IMG/VR virus record: IMGVR_UViG_3300035034_000851
Location: 24,951 to 88,950 of that record
Source of the DNA: a virus
Direction: 5' to 3' (one strand)
Length of the DNA: 64,000 bases
The position numbers were made by a program, and so were the translations under genes. The notes under the pieces are model-generated. The model saw only the letters and a list, made by a program, of their open reading frames with translations. It was not told the DNA's origin and searched no databases. Shown here piece by piece: positions 20,301 to 31,104 of this stretch. Within the stretch, counting starts at the first letter, position 1, and the number at the start of each line of letters is the position of its first letter.

Positions 20301-21282
20301 GTAAAAATTTTATTAAACTTTTTTTTCCGTAAACTTGTATAAAATCTGAAGGGTCTTTTGGTAAATCTCCTGATTTATTTTGTGGTAATTCAATTGAAGT
20401 TAAATCATATTCTTCTTTTATTTTTGTAGAATAAATTTTACCAGCTTCATCATTGTCATAAAATACTATAATATGTTTAAATCTCTTTTTTAACAAATTT
20501 ATAGCATTATTAGATACTAAACTACTTTCTGATTTACAAGCTACTGAACTATAACCACATTCATGTAATGTCATTACATCTTTTCTACTTTTAGTTAAAA
20601 TAAGTATTTCACCTTTTTCTGGGAGTTGTTCCCAACATTCTAAAATACCTCCTACCATATTAGATCTCCATTTAAAAAACTTTGCAGCTCTAGGTCTATA
20701 CAATTTAAAATCTTCTTGTTTTTCTGCATAAACATACATTGGATCATGTTGTTTATATTCATAATAAAAATCACCTCTTATCCAAGCTCTGTGACAAGCT
20801 CTTACTCTAAATTTAATTAAAGTAGGTAAAGTTATATGGTATTGAAACCAATATCTTAAATCTATTTCATTGAATTTTTGAGTTACTATTGCTATTCTTG
20901 CTTTACCTATTTCATTTTTTTTAATTTCTTGTGTCATTCTTGGTTTTTTTGATACAAAACTGTGTTTTTTAATTGTACTATAATCATCTAAAGATTTAGG
21001 TCTGTGTAAGCCTAAATTAAAATCTTTTGCTATAGTATTGCAAACATCTTTAAATGAATCCAATTCTAATGCTTTTTGTGCTACATAAAAACAATCCATA
21101 TGTGTTTTTTCAGACGCCCAATCAATAAATATTAAATTTCCATTGTTATAATCAAAATAAGCTCTACCATTAGTGTCATTTCTCCAAGGATTTTTACAAT
21201 TAGTGTTAAAAGAAATTTTACCTGGAAAATACCGTTCCATTATATCTTCCTGTGAGATTTTGTTCAGTATCAATGTTTTCAT
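20266..21282 (-). CDS. DNA primase (crAss-type, TOPRIM)
   Basis: TKSRKD, YDNDEAG and KDPSD motifs. Confidence 0.88.
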   Translation of the reverse strand: MKTLILNKISQEDIMERYFPGKISFNTNCKNPWRNDTNGRAYFDYNNGNLIFIDWASEKTHMDCFYVAQKALELDSFKDVCNTIAKDFNLGLHRPKSLDDYSTIKKHSFVSKKPRMTQEIKKNEIGKARIAIVTQKFNEIDLRYWFQYHITLPTLIKFRVRACHRAWIRGDFYYEYKQHDPMYVYAEKQEDFKLYRPRAAKFFKWRSNMVGGILECWEQLPEKGEILILTKSRKDVMTLHECGYSSVACKSESSLVSNNAINLLKKRFKHIIVFYDNDEAGKIYSTKIKEEYDLTSIELPQNKSGDLPKDPSDFIQVYGKKSLIKFLHENISRNIRQG

Positions 21283-21526
21283 TTTTTATTTTTCTTTTTA
21301 TAAGTTCTTTTTTATAAGCAAAATAATCTAAAAAAAGTAAACTATTTTCATAAGATAATTCTTCTTCATCATAATACATAGAGTCATCATTTTCTCCTCC
21401 CCCATATTTTAAAGTTACACCCTTTTTAGCTCTTTTTTTTATTAAATTAATTATATTATTTAAATGATTGTCACTTAAATCACATAATTTAATTAAATTT
21501 CCTTCTCTTGTTTTATGTAATTTCAT
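21218..21526 (-). CDS. Hypothetical protein
   Basis: LSDNHLNN pattern. Confidence 0.5.
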   Translation of the reverse strand: MKLHKTREGNLIKLCDLSDNHLNNIINLIKKRAKKGVTLKYGGGENDDSMYYDEEELSYENSLLFLDYFAYKKELIKRKIKNENIDTEQNLTGRYNGTVFSR

Positions 21527-21540
21527 ATTTATAAAATAAA

Positions 21541-21561
21541 AAGGGGCCTATTAGACCCCTT
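21541..21561 (-). terminator. Terminator after SSB-like gene
   Basis: AAGGGG...CCCCTT hairpin. Confidence 0.65.
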
Positions 21562-21575
21562 ATATTATTGTTTAC

Positions 21576-22274
21576 TTAAAAAGGTAAATCATCAGATTCA
21601 CCAGAATCTAACATACTAGGCTCTTTTGGAGCTTCATATTTACCATATTCTACAGTAGAATGTACATTTCTCCAATTTTCCACAAGTCTTTCAAATCGCT
21701 TCATATTGTCTAAATTAGCATGACCAAAGTTTCTAGGTGAAACTTCCATATACTTACCATTCTTTACTCCTAGAACACCTTTTACTTCTCTGTCGCTAAA
21801 GTGCTCTATTGCACCTTTAAGAGAACTTACATCTCCATTACAAAGCTCTTCAAAAGGTAATACTAGTTCACCATCTCTTAGGTCAGGATTCAACCAACCA
21901 ATCATAAAAGAATAAATATCTGCTTCACCCTTACGAGCAATTCTAACATCTTTTCTATCATACCAGTCTGGTAATGAATCCACATCTGGTCCCCATGTAG
22001 TTTGGCCTAAGCCATTAATATACATAAATTTGCCACCATCTTTATCAGTTTTAACTTCTTCATCTTTTAACCAAAATGAAGTTTTTGTATTAACATCGTC
22101 ATTAGATAGTCTTATGTCTATTCTATTTTCATATGTTAATTCATTTTCTAAAGTCATACCTAATATTTCAGATAACTCCTCTTTTGTAGGATTAACTGCA
22201 TCTATCTTAAAATTACTTACACCTGTGTATAAGCCTCCTTTTTCATTTTTTGTTTTTATATTTTCCCAATTCAT
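21576..22274 (-). CDS. Single-stranded DNA-binding-like protein
   Basis: Acidic tail ending DDLPF; lies between the SSAP and primase genes. Confidence 0.6.
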   Translation of the reverse strand: MNWENIKTKNEKGGLYTGVSNFKIDAVNPTKEELSEILGMTLENELTYENRIDIRLSNDDVNTKTSFWLKDEEVKTDKDGGKFMYINGLGQTTWGPDVDSLPDWYDRKDVRIARKGEADIYSFMIGWLNPDLRDGELVLPFEELCNGDVSSLKGAIEHFSDREVKGVLGVKNGKYMEVSPRNFGHANLDNMKRFERLVENWRNVHSTVEYGKYEAPKEPSMLDSGESDDLPF

Positions 22275-22292
22275 AATTCTATCTCTTCTATA

Positions 22293-22466
22293 TTACTTTT
22301 TTTCTTCAACAATTTCAATAATTTCTCCTTCTTCATTACGGTTTACCTCAGTAGAACCTTCAACCATATGGTCAAATAATTCTTCTGTGGTATAAAGACC
22401 CAATAAAAGATCTGCACCAATTCTGTTAGCTCCTGCTGATAAGCAACGAGCCCATAACATAAATTT
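22293..22466 (-). CDS. Exon 2 of the RecT-like single-strand annealing protein
   Basis: KFMLWARCLSAGANRIGADLLLGLYTTEE...EEKK* continues the W..P..ML.AR motif begun in exon 1. Confidence 0.88.
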   Translation of the reverse strand, partial: KFMLWARCLSAGANRIGADLLLGLYTTEELFDHMVEGSTEVNRNEEGEIIEIVEEKK

Positions 22467-22532
22467 CACTTTTGTTAACGTAAAGGCTCTTTATCCTCTA
22501 CTTCTATATGTTTCCATATAGGTCAGACTATA

Positions 22533-23048
22533 TCATAATAAATTTGTTTGACGTTTTCCTTTAAGAATTTTTGATATGGTAGCTGGATTAACATCAAAGA
22601 TTTTAGCAATCTCATAATTTTTAAATCCTTCTTTTTTCATATTAAAAACTTTACATAAATCTTCTACTTTAATTTTAATATTGTGATGATTATTACCTCT
22701 GCACATATTAGTTAAACCCATTTTATGAGCATGTAAAATATTTTCTTTATGTGTACACCATTCTAAATTATCTAACACATTATTAATTTTATTACCATCT
22801 TTATGATTTACAACTGGTAAATCTAATGGATTTTTTAAAAATGTTTGAGCTACTAATCTATGTAGCTTTTTTGTAGACACTTTATTATTTAGTCTTAACT
22901 GTATGTCAATGTATCCATGATTAGGGTTTGTACATGTAGATTTAAATATATCTTTTGGTACCCCTTTTCTTTTTAAACTTTTGACACGTCCTAAGTTGCT
23001 AATTTCATAGCAACCTTCATACCCCTTTAATTTTTTAAATTTTTCCAT
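22533..23048 (-). CDS. NUMOD4-HNH homing endonuclease with C-terminal HTH
   Basis: YEISNLGRVKS, LHRLVA, VNHKDGNKINN and NLEW motifs. ATG at 23048 lies just downstream of an internal promoter. Confidence 0.92.
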   Translation of the reverse strand: MEKFKKLKGYEGCYEISNLGRVKSLKRKGVPKDIFKSTCTNPNHGYIDIQLRLNNKVSTKKLHRLVAQTFLKNPLDLPVVNHKDGNKINNVLDNLEWCTHKENILHAHKMGLTNMCRGNNHHNIKIKVEDLCKVFNMKKEGFKNYEIAKIFDVNPATISKILKGKRQTNLL

Positions 23049-23052
23049 ACTA

Positions 23053-23060
23053 CAAAGGTA
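23053..23060 (-). promoter_or_regulatory. Bacteroidota sigma-A -7 element driving the HNH gene
   Basis: TACCTTTG (TAnnTTTG) with an upstream TTTG. Confidence 0.75.
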
Positions 23061-23343
23061 CGGCAATTAAATGATATAAACAAATTTATTTTGGATTTTC
23101 GTGGGTATATTATATTCTGCGGACTGCAGTTTCAATACCTAGTCGTTGAACCTTGAAAGAACTTTTAGCTCTAACCTTGGCTGCTGATTGGCTTATAAAA
23201 TATAAAAAGAAAGTGTACTCACACTACCATTTGATTAATTAGGTATTGACCCTCTGCGGTGGAATCTAACACACCAATGCTTTCTTTTTAATATTTTACT
23301 TAGCTTTCCAGACAATTTATCCAATTTATCCTGCCCAAATTTT

Positions 23344-23787
23344 AGGCATTTTCTTCCAATTGTCTTTTCCAGTTAGTCCCATGCCTTCTGCATCTTTCCA
23401 ACTGAATGTGGTAAATTCTTCCATATCTCCACGAACAAAACGAATTTTTGTTCTAATGTCAATAGGCTTTTTTGTAGAGTCTTTGTATTCAGATACAGTT
23501 CCGTCTTCATAAACGTATACTCCATCTTCTACAGTTTGAAATTGTATTCCTCCCTTTCGTAACAGTGCTCCTGTTGCTTTAGCTGATAAACTAAGTTTAC
23601 CTTGTATTGGAATTATATAGTGAAAGCTTTGCATTGTTGCAAAACCTAACTCTTCTCCCATTTGCTTAATTGCAAACGCATCTGATACTGTCTTAACGTG
23701 TGTTGGTAATTTTTTTGAATCAATAAGTTTCTGCAAAAAAACTTCAACTTCGCTATTCTCCTCTTTAGTAATTATTTCCTTCTTCAT
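23344..23787 (-). CDS. Exon 1 of the RecT-like single-strand annealing protein
   Basis: GEELGF..MQS...IQGK and FSWKDAE.MGL..KDNWKKMP patterns. Confidence 0.8.
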
Positions 23788-24873
23788 CTAATCCTTCTCC
23801 TCTATATTACTGGGTGAGTCTAATTCTTTAAAAGTGTTTGTTTCACCATCAAAGTATAGACCCTTTTTTAAGTTTGGACGACCTAATCTGTTTTTTAATA
23901 TTTTTAAACATCTATAGTTGTCCTTTAATTTTACTATGTCATGTCCTAAGTGTTTTCTTATTTCATAACGATCAGGGGCAAACAAACCTAACACTACTAA
24001 AGCGTCACGTTGTGTTAATTTGTTATCTGCTAGACCATCTAAACTTGGTTCTAACTTAGATTCAATACTTTGTCCTTGATTAGTAAACTGCATTTTTTCT
24101 TTATCTGCAGATTGCTGCTGTACATTTACTACAGCGTATTTAAAATGTTTAGTAATTTGTTTTCTAGAGTAATCTGCTGACCACTTAGTTATAGTTTGAT
24201 GTTTATTCATCATTTGACCTGTTACTCCATCTTTTTCTTCTTGAAGAAGACTAATATGATCTGTAATTACTATTACAAATTCATTTAAATCATTAGGTGT
24301 ATAATGAGAATATATCTTTTCATCTTTTCCTTGTATATTTAAAGTTTTGTAATGATGAGTTCCATTCTTTTCAGAATAGTCTCTTACATATTTATAAATA
24401 CCTGTTGGATTAGATATACTATCTTCCACTACTAAATATTTTTCTAGATCTTGAAAGTATTCTCTACATTCATATATTTTATTTAATACATCTTGACTAA
24501 TAACTTTATTAGTATAGGTTTGTAAATCTAAAACACTGTATGAAAGATTATGTTTTACTTTCAATCTATTTGATATTAAACCTAAAGTAAATTCTTCTTT
24601 AGATTCCTCTAAAGCAAAATAAAGTATTTTAAGTTTTAAATTTTTATCGCTATATTTTTTTATATATTTATAAGGTTCTAATACAAATAATGATTTGGTT
24701 AATTGTGTTTTACCAACACCACTACTTGCAGTAACTATATAATAAACTCCTTTAATTATTCCTGGTATATGTTTGTTTAAAGTTGGAAAATTCTCAAATG
24801 GAATAGTATTAACTAAACCTTTTTTAAAATTATCCCAATTACTTTTTATTTTTTCAAAAGTATTATCAAACAT
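23788..24873 (-). CDS. DnaB-like replicative helicase
   Basis: Walker A ASSGVGKT, ALEES, DHISLL, VQQQ and LKNR motifs. Confidence 0.92.
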   Translation of the reverse strand: MFDNTFEKIKSNWDNFKKGLVNTIPFENFPTLNKHIPGIIKGVYYIVTASSGVGKTQLTKSLFVLEPYKYIKKYSDKNLKLKILYFALEESKEEFTLGLISNRLKVKHNLSYSVLDLQTYTNKVISQDVLNKIYECREYFQDLEKYLVVEDSISNPTGIYKYVRDYSEKNGTHHYKTLNIQGKDEKIYSHYTPNDLNEFVIVITDHISLLQEEKDGVTGQMMNKHQTITKWSADYSRKQITKHFKYAVVNVQQQSADKEKMQFTNQGQSIESKLEPSLDGLADNKLTQRDALVVLGLFAPDRYEIRKHLGHDIVKLKDNYRCLKILKNRLGRPNLKKGLYFDGETNTFKELDSPSNIEEKD

Positions 24874-25343
24874 TACATTCCTACTTCAAAGTCGTCTAAT
24901 GTATCTTCATTATTCTCTAAAATGTTTTCACATTCACTAGCTAATGTTGACATATTATTCTTATAAATAAAATAATGTGCGGTTTGTATAAAAGCATACT
25001 GTGATCTTGCTTTATTTTCTACATAGTTTTTAGTTGCTTTTATTATTAAATCAGTTTCATATTCTGGGTATTCTATTATAAATTTTCTCATCTTTTTAAG
25101 ACAAGATTGCTTATCACCTCGAACTGGCATTCCACCAGATCTTATTCCTTTAGGGAATATCTCCCTATAATCATTTATCCACTCTAAAACGTTATCTTGT
25201 TTTTTCGGTGCTTGTTTTATTTTTTGTAATGCTTGGTTTGTAAAATTTAATTCTGTTTCGTTGTGAATAAATCCTCTGTTTACTAATTGTTTCATAATCC
25301 CTATGGATTGTAACAATTTTATTGTATCATCAGTTTTATTCAA
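24873..25343 (-). CDS. Conserved crAss-like protein upstream of the helicase (possible loader/initiator)
   Basis: YREIFP...VRGDK..C..KM pattern and position. Confidence 0.5.
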   Translation of the reverse strand: MNKTDDTIKLLQSIGIMKQLVNRGFIHNETELNFTNQALQKIKQAPKKQDNVLEWINDYREIFPKGIRSGGMPVRGDKQSCLKKMRKFIIEYPEYETDLIIKATKNYVENKARSQYAFIQTAHYFIYKNNMSTLASECENILENNEDTLDDFEVGM

Positions 25344-25443
25344 TTTATTTTTATTTATTTATTTATTAAAATGGTATATTAGGATTCAATCCTTTTAAAT
25401 CATCTATACTAATAATTGATGCTTTATTAGAAACTTTATTTAA

Positions 25444-27878
25444 TTATTCTTTTAAAGGTTCTACTGGAAAACTATTACTATGTGAATTTGGTTGCACTGC
25501 ATAATCAGTACTATCCATTTTTCCATTAAAACTATTATTCATTGGCCTGTCTTCTGGTTTTGGCATATTGTTATAAAGATTAGCAGCTTGTTGTCGAAAT
25601 TGTCTATTTAATTTTTCATGTTCATTAATATACCCAGCCCAATTTCTTGAATGCTTTCTTCCTGCTCTTGCTGAACCAACAGCAGTTCTAGGCATTTCAG
25701 AAAAATCAGGTTCTTCATAAGGAAGTTTAACAAGATTTTCTTCTGATTCTACTTCTTCATCTTCAATTGAAGGTATTGGTTTAGGAAAACATTCATCTAT
25801 TGCTTCATTCGCTTGATCTTGTTTAATTGTGTCAAGTAAATGAGGTATTTTAACTTTTTCAGCTTCAGAAACTTTATCTTTAGAAGTAGATCTTTTATTT
25901 ATAATATTATCTAATGAAAAATCATCTTTTATATTACTTACAGGTAATTCTTCTCTTCCATAATAATTTGGATTTTCAAAGTATACTCTTTTTAGTTTAA
26001 TACCTGCTAATTTTTCTAATACTTCTAAATCATATCCTTTAAAATCTCCTAAGCTAGAACTTAAATTACTATCCTTATACATCATACTAACCCAACCATG
26101 TAATTTATATTTACAATGGAAAAAAGCTATTTGACTTATTTCTGGACAAGTTACAAATCTTAAACAATTAGGTTCATTACATAAAGTTAATAATGCTAAA
26201 GCTAATTCTGAATCTGTTACATTTTCAAAATAATTATTAACTAAAGATTTTATGTCATTAAAACTTCTATTTTTATTAGCTCCACACTGTAAACCATCAT
26301 TTTCTACTTTATAAGTTTCTGGAGTTTGTTTAAAAAAATAATCTTCTAAAAATGCGTACACGTTACTTGTGTTTAATTCTTCGTTACAGTATAATTTCAT
26401 AATTGTTCAATATTAGATTCTCTTAATTTTGCATAATCAAGTACAAATAACTTTATTGTATTTCCTGAATTTGGATTAATTGCTTCTGTTTGATTTAATG
26501 AAAAATTATTCATTAATTCAACGAAATAATCTGTATAAGAATAATTATTAATATTCATACTTACTAATAATATGTTTTTTCGGTCAGAATCAGCCATTTC
26601 TTTAAAAATATAATGCAATATTTGCTTTTTATAATTAAAATGTGAATTATCTATTTTTGCTATTATAAAATTTATTCCATTAGTTTCTGAAATACCACAA
26701 CTCATAACAGATTCATAATAATTTAAAGTTCGTGTTTCACCATTTATGCTTACATAACATTCATCCTCATTCATACTTAAATCTACAGATATTTCTTCAA
26801 GTTCTTCTTCTAAAGTTAAAGGTGCTTCAACTACAGGTTCTTCTCTTTTTACATTAAATAATTTTTTAGAATATTGTACTTTTGCTCCAGTATCATTTCT
26901 TAAAATATATTTAGTTTCATTTTCTTCAATTGATTCATATTCTTTATCAATAGTCAATTTAAAGTTTTTTACTTCTTTACAGATAATTTTTATCATTATT
27001 TTTTTGTTTTTAATTTTGTTAGCATTTCTATGCTAGTTTTTGAACTTTTTTCTAAAGATTTTTTTGTTAAAACCATCATACTTAAACAATTGTCTTTTTC
27101 AACTGAATCAAGAGCATCAGGACTGCTGTTTATATATTTTCCTGGAAGTCTACAATAATCTATAAAATCTAAACTTAATAATGTATTATAATTAGGTTTA
27201 CTTGCATTTTGAAAAATTATAATCATACCATGCTGAAACATAGAAAAAAATAATTCTTTTAATGTTACATTTGATATTAAATTTTTATTTGCATAAAGAT
27301 TGTTAATTATTAAACTACTACAACTACTAAAAGGAGCTATACTAAAACTAAATAAAGGTTCTCCTTTATTATTATAAACAGCGTATTGGTTTTCATTTTG
27401 ATTATAATAATAAATTTTTTCGTCAATTTCTCGTGTTATTCTATATGTTCCAAACATTTTTTTAAATCATTAAGTTGTTAATATTCTTCCAAGAATAATT
27501 ACCATTACCTGTTGCTGTCCAACTTTCATTTTGAATGTAATGAGTTATTAATAAATTTTCACCTCTAGGTTTTTGCTTTATAAAAACTATTTTATCTTGA
27601 GCATGACACCATATGGGAAATATATTATCACTTTTATGTAAAGTTTTTAACATATTTGCAACATTTTTTTTAGTATATTTAGGGTAATAAGTTTTAATTA
27701 TAGCATATAAATCTTGAAAGGTTCTTCTTGCTACTTTACACTGTGTCACAGAACATTCTTCATCGTGAAAAGTTTCTACAAATTTACCTGGAATACTATT
27801 TCTAGTAGCTGTGAATCCTAATCTAAGAAATTCAGTAGCATACATTTGTTTTTCTATTTTACAGTATATTTTATCCAT
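25444..27878 (-). CDS. Four hypothetical proteins (25444-26400, 26397-26996, 26996-27457, 27462-27878)
   Basis: Abutting ORFs; the first and last share an ET...QC...R.F.D...Y domain. Confidence 0.6.
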
Positions 27879-27881
27879 TAT

Positions 27882-29083
27882 TTATTTAAGTGTGCGTATT
27901 AATGTTTCTAAATTTTCAACAATATCTTCGTGACGTCTAAAAGTTATTAAATCATATAATTGTTTAATACTTACTGTAGGTTTATTAATTTTAATCCAAC
28001 AATTTAATGCTTCTACTTTTTTAAATTTAATATTTTCAGGATTAGGTATATGATTTTTATTGGATCTTACATTTAATGTTTTAGTAAAATCAATAAGATT
28101 AGTGTAATGAAAAATATCTCCATCAAATATATCATAACCATCTTGTGTTACTAATATTGGTTGTGTGATATTTTCTACTAAATTTAAACTTAAACTACCA
28201 AAAGAGTTACAAACTCTTATTTGTATTTCATTAGATTTATCTTCTATAAAAAAACCTTGAATAACATAATTTACATCATTACATGATTTTATATCATCAC
28301 CTGTAGTAAATATTTGACCATCAGACAATCTTTTAACTGAATGAATTGTATTATAATTTTCAGAAGGTATAAATACATGAGTTACAGAAGTTGTACACCC
28401 CCATTTTTTACCATCACTTTTAGAATCATATTTATGAAATACATTATTATTATTTCTTGTTGGACAATAATAAGCTAATATTTCATAATCTTTTTCAATT
28501 ATTTCTTCCCAAAATTCTGAATATTTATTAGGAGTTTGAATTAGTAATCTATTATAAAAATACATATTAGTACCTTTATGATTTTCTATAATAGTATTAA
28601 TTGGAGGACTTCCAGGATATTTTTTTATTAATTTATATTTTTTCATAATTTACTTTTTACTATATCTTTAAGACCTTTTTTAAAAGCTATAGAATTATTT
28701 TTACCACCCATATTAAATACATCATTTAAAGATAAACAAGGTTTATTCATTAATATATAATTTTCAGCTTTTTCTTTAGTTGAAAAATATTTTCTACTAT
28801 TTTTACCAGTCATTGAAGTACATTTTAAAAACGTAATTCTAAAAATTTTTGTATTATTAATAAGTTCAAAAACTTCTTGTTTTTCAAATACATCAACACC
28901 ATCTTCTGTTGTAAATAAAGGTTTTTCAATTATTTCTTCCCAAAATTCTTGATTATTTGAGCTATTAATTCTTACACCTCGATAATATGCTTGATTTTTA
29001 AACATACTATGATTACTAGCTTCAACAATGTATCCTAATTTAGGACTACCAGGGTATGCTTTTATTAATTTATATTTTTTCAT
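27882..29083 (-). CDS. Two tandem paralogues (27882-28646, 28643-29083)
   Basis: Both start MKKYKLIKxYPGSP and share EFWEEIIEK, T.DG.D.F and NKP..S. Confidence 0.7.
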
Positions 29084-29091
29084 TTTCTTGT

Positions 29092-31104
29092 TTATTTAGC
29101 TAACCACCAATCATCTTTTACATTGGCATCAGCTTTCATAGTTAAATCTTTACTTTTTAAAAAATAATCTCCTCCTTTTTTCATACAATCTTCTAATATA
29201 GTTTTGTATTTATTGGATAAAGATTTTTCACACTCTAAAACAAATTCATCATGAGGTATAATACATATTAATACTCTCCCTAAATGATTATTTTTCTTAA
29301 TTTCGTTAAATAACATAGCTGCAGCAGTTTTTGTTTGATGAGCTGCAGTTGTTTGAGAAGGATTATTGAGACATAATCTCATATAATCTCCTTTTAACTT
29401 AGCAAATTCAGAAACTACAGGTTTCATGTCTCTATATTTTCTATAAGCTAATACATTACCTATTTTATAATCATCTCCTTCTTCTATAGATCTAATATGT
29501 TCTTCTTTACCAGCATTATATTGTTCCCAATCTAAATCAGTATACATTTCATTTTCAAATCTTAAAGCTTTAAATCTTTTATAAGAAGATAAATGAAGTC
29601 TAAAACCTCCTGCAGAAGTTATGTAACCAACTCTTATTGCTTCAGCATATGTTTCATCACCTTTTTTGTATATACCTGCGTGAAGTTCTTTAAAAAGCTT
29701 TTCAAGTTTTTCAGCTTCTTCTAAAGGTATACCTTGATTTACATGTATAGTGTAAGCTGAACCTCCATAAGCAAATGCAAATCTAGGAGCTTTACTATAT
29801 TTTCTTTCCTTACTAAATTTTTCCATGATAATATTGTCAGGTAAATCTTTTAATTCAGGAAAAATCATTCTAGCAAAAGCACAATGTAAATCTAAATCTT
29901 TCCATATAGATTCTAACATAGCATTATCTCTGGTAAGATCTGCTGTAACAACATTTTCTTGACCAGCATAATCAGCACATATAATATCATAACCTTCTTT
30001 GGCTTTAATACATGCTCTCATTTCTTCAGTTGCAGGTAAAGTAAGACTACTAAAAGTTTTACTTCTAGTTGATATTCTAGCAGTATCTAACATTTGATTA
30101 TAAGAACTATAACCTCTTCCATCAATTAATTGATCTAATAAATTTTGACCATAAGAATTAACTTGTTGTTTAGCATCTTGATAATCTTTCCAAATTGTTA
30201 GAAATTCATGTTTAGATTTATTAATAACATCTTTGTTAATAGATTTTTTATTATCTTTATCTAATACATTAATTCCCATTTCTTCAAAAACTGGAACCAT
30301 TTGTATTGGAGATGATAATGAAACTCCTAATTTAACAATATTAAAAATATTATGTTGTTGAACATGAAATTTACTAGACAAATTATCTAAAATGTAATTC
30401 TTTACTATTTGTTCAGATTTTTTTAATTTTTTTAAATCTATTTTAATTTTAACTTTTAATCTATCTGCATCTATTGGTGCCCCACATTGTTCAACATAAG
30501 TTATAGCTAATACATAGTTTTTATGAACATTATAAGTTACACTCATACCTTTAGCATCAATTATTTTATTTTGAACAGTATGCAATTCAATTAACTTATC
30601 TACATCATTAAAACAATATTGTATTGATTCTTTAGTAGATAATTTAATTACATTAATAGTTTTTTGGTCTTGCTTATCATATTTAATATGCAATACTCTT
30701 TCCATTACAGATCCAAAATCATTTCCTTGGATAAAAGAAGGAATTCCGTTAGTTAATAATTTACTTTGTAAAAAAGTATCACCAACTTTATCAGGATAAT
30801 AACCATACTTATAACAAAAACCTAAATCAAAATTAGCATTATGATATATTTGTTCTCTATTTTTTAAATACGGTATAACATCAGAAAAAGTATAAGCATT
30901 TTCAGATGTATAAAAATCTATAATGTAATTATCTTCTCCTGTTCCTATTTGAATGCAAAACATATCTTCTGTTTTCCAATCTAATCCTGTAGTTTCACTA
31001 TCTACAGCTATTGTAGATTTTAAATTTAAATCTTCTAATGCACAGTAATTATAATCCCCAATCTTTTTAAAAAATTGAGGATTTTTAGTTACTATATAGT
31101 TCAT
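29092..31104 (-). CDS. polA: Family A DNA polymerase with 3'-5' exonuclease
   Basis: Exonuclease motifs DSETTG, HNANFD, YCFND; motif A DYAGQE, motif B R...K...F...YG, motif C HDE. Confidence 0.95.
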   Translation of the reverse strand: MNYIVTKNPQFFKKIGDYNYCALEDLNLKSTIAVDSETTGLDWKTEDMFCIQIGTGEDNYIIDFYTSENAYTFSDVIPYLKNREQIYHNANFDLGFCYKYGYYPDKVGDTFLQSKLLTNGIPSFIQGNDFGSVMERVLHIKYDKQDQKTINVIKLSTKESIQYCFNDVDKLIELHTVQNKIIDAKGMSVTYNVHKNYVLAITYVEQCGAPIDADRLKVKIKIDLKKLKKSEQIVKNYILDNLSSKFHVQQHNIFNIVKLGVSLSSPIQMVPVFEEMGINVLDKDNKKSINKDVINKSKHEFLTIWKDYQDAKQQVNSYGQNLLDQLIDGRGYSSYNQMLDTARISTRSKTFSSLTLPATEEMRACIKAKEGYDIICADYAGQENVVTADLTRDNAMLESIWKDLDLHCAFARMIFPELKDLPDNIIMEKFSKERKYSKAPRFAFAYGGSAYTIHVNQGIPLEEAEKLEKLFKELHAGIYKKGDETYAEAIRVGYITSAGGFRLHLSSYKRFKALRFENEMYTDLDWEQYNAGKEEHIRSIEEGDDYKIGNVLAYRKYRDMKPVVSEFAKLKGDYMRLCLNNPSQTTAAHQTKTAAAMLFNEIKKNNHLGRVLICIIPHDEFVLECEKSLSNKYKTILEDCMKKGGDYFLKSKDLTMKADANVKDDWWLAK

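Larger units (their letters stand above)
22467..23343 (-). mobile_element. Group I self-splicing intron (877 nt) carrying an HNH endonuclease
   Basis: P1 augccU/Gggca with U-G at the 5' splice site. Core elements P AAUUGUCUGGAAA, Q AAUCAGCAG, R UUCAACGACUA and S GAUAUAGUC. Terminal G at 22467; P10 AAAUUU pairing. Splicing restores the frame. Confidence 0.92.
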
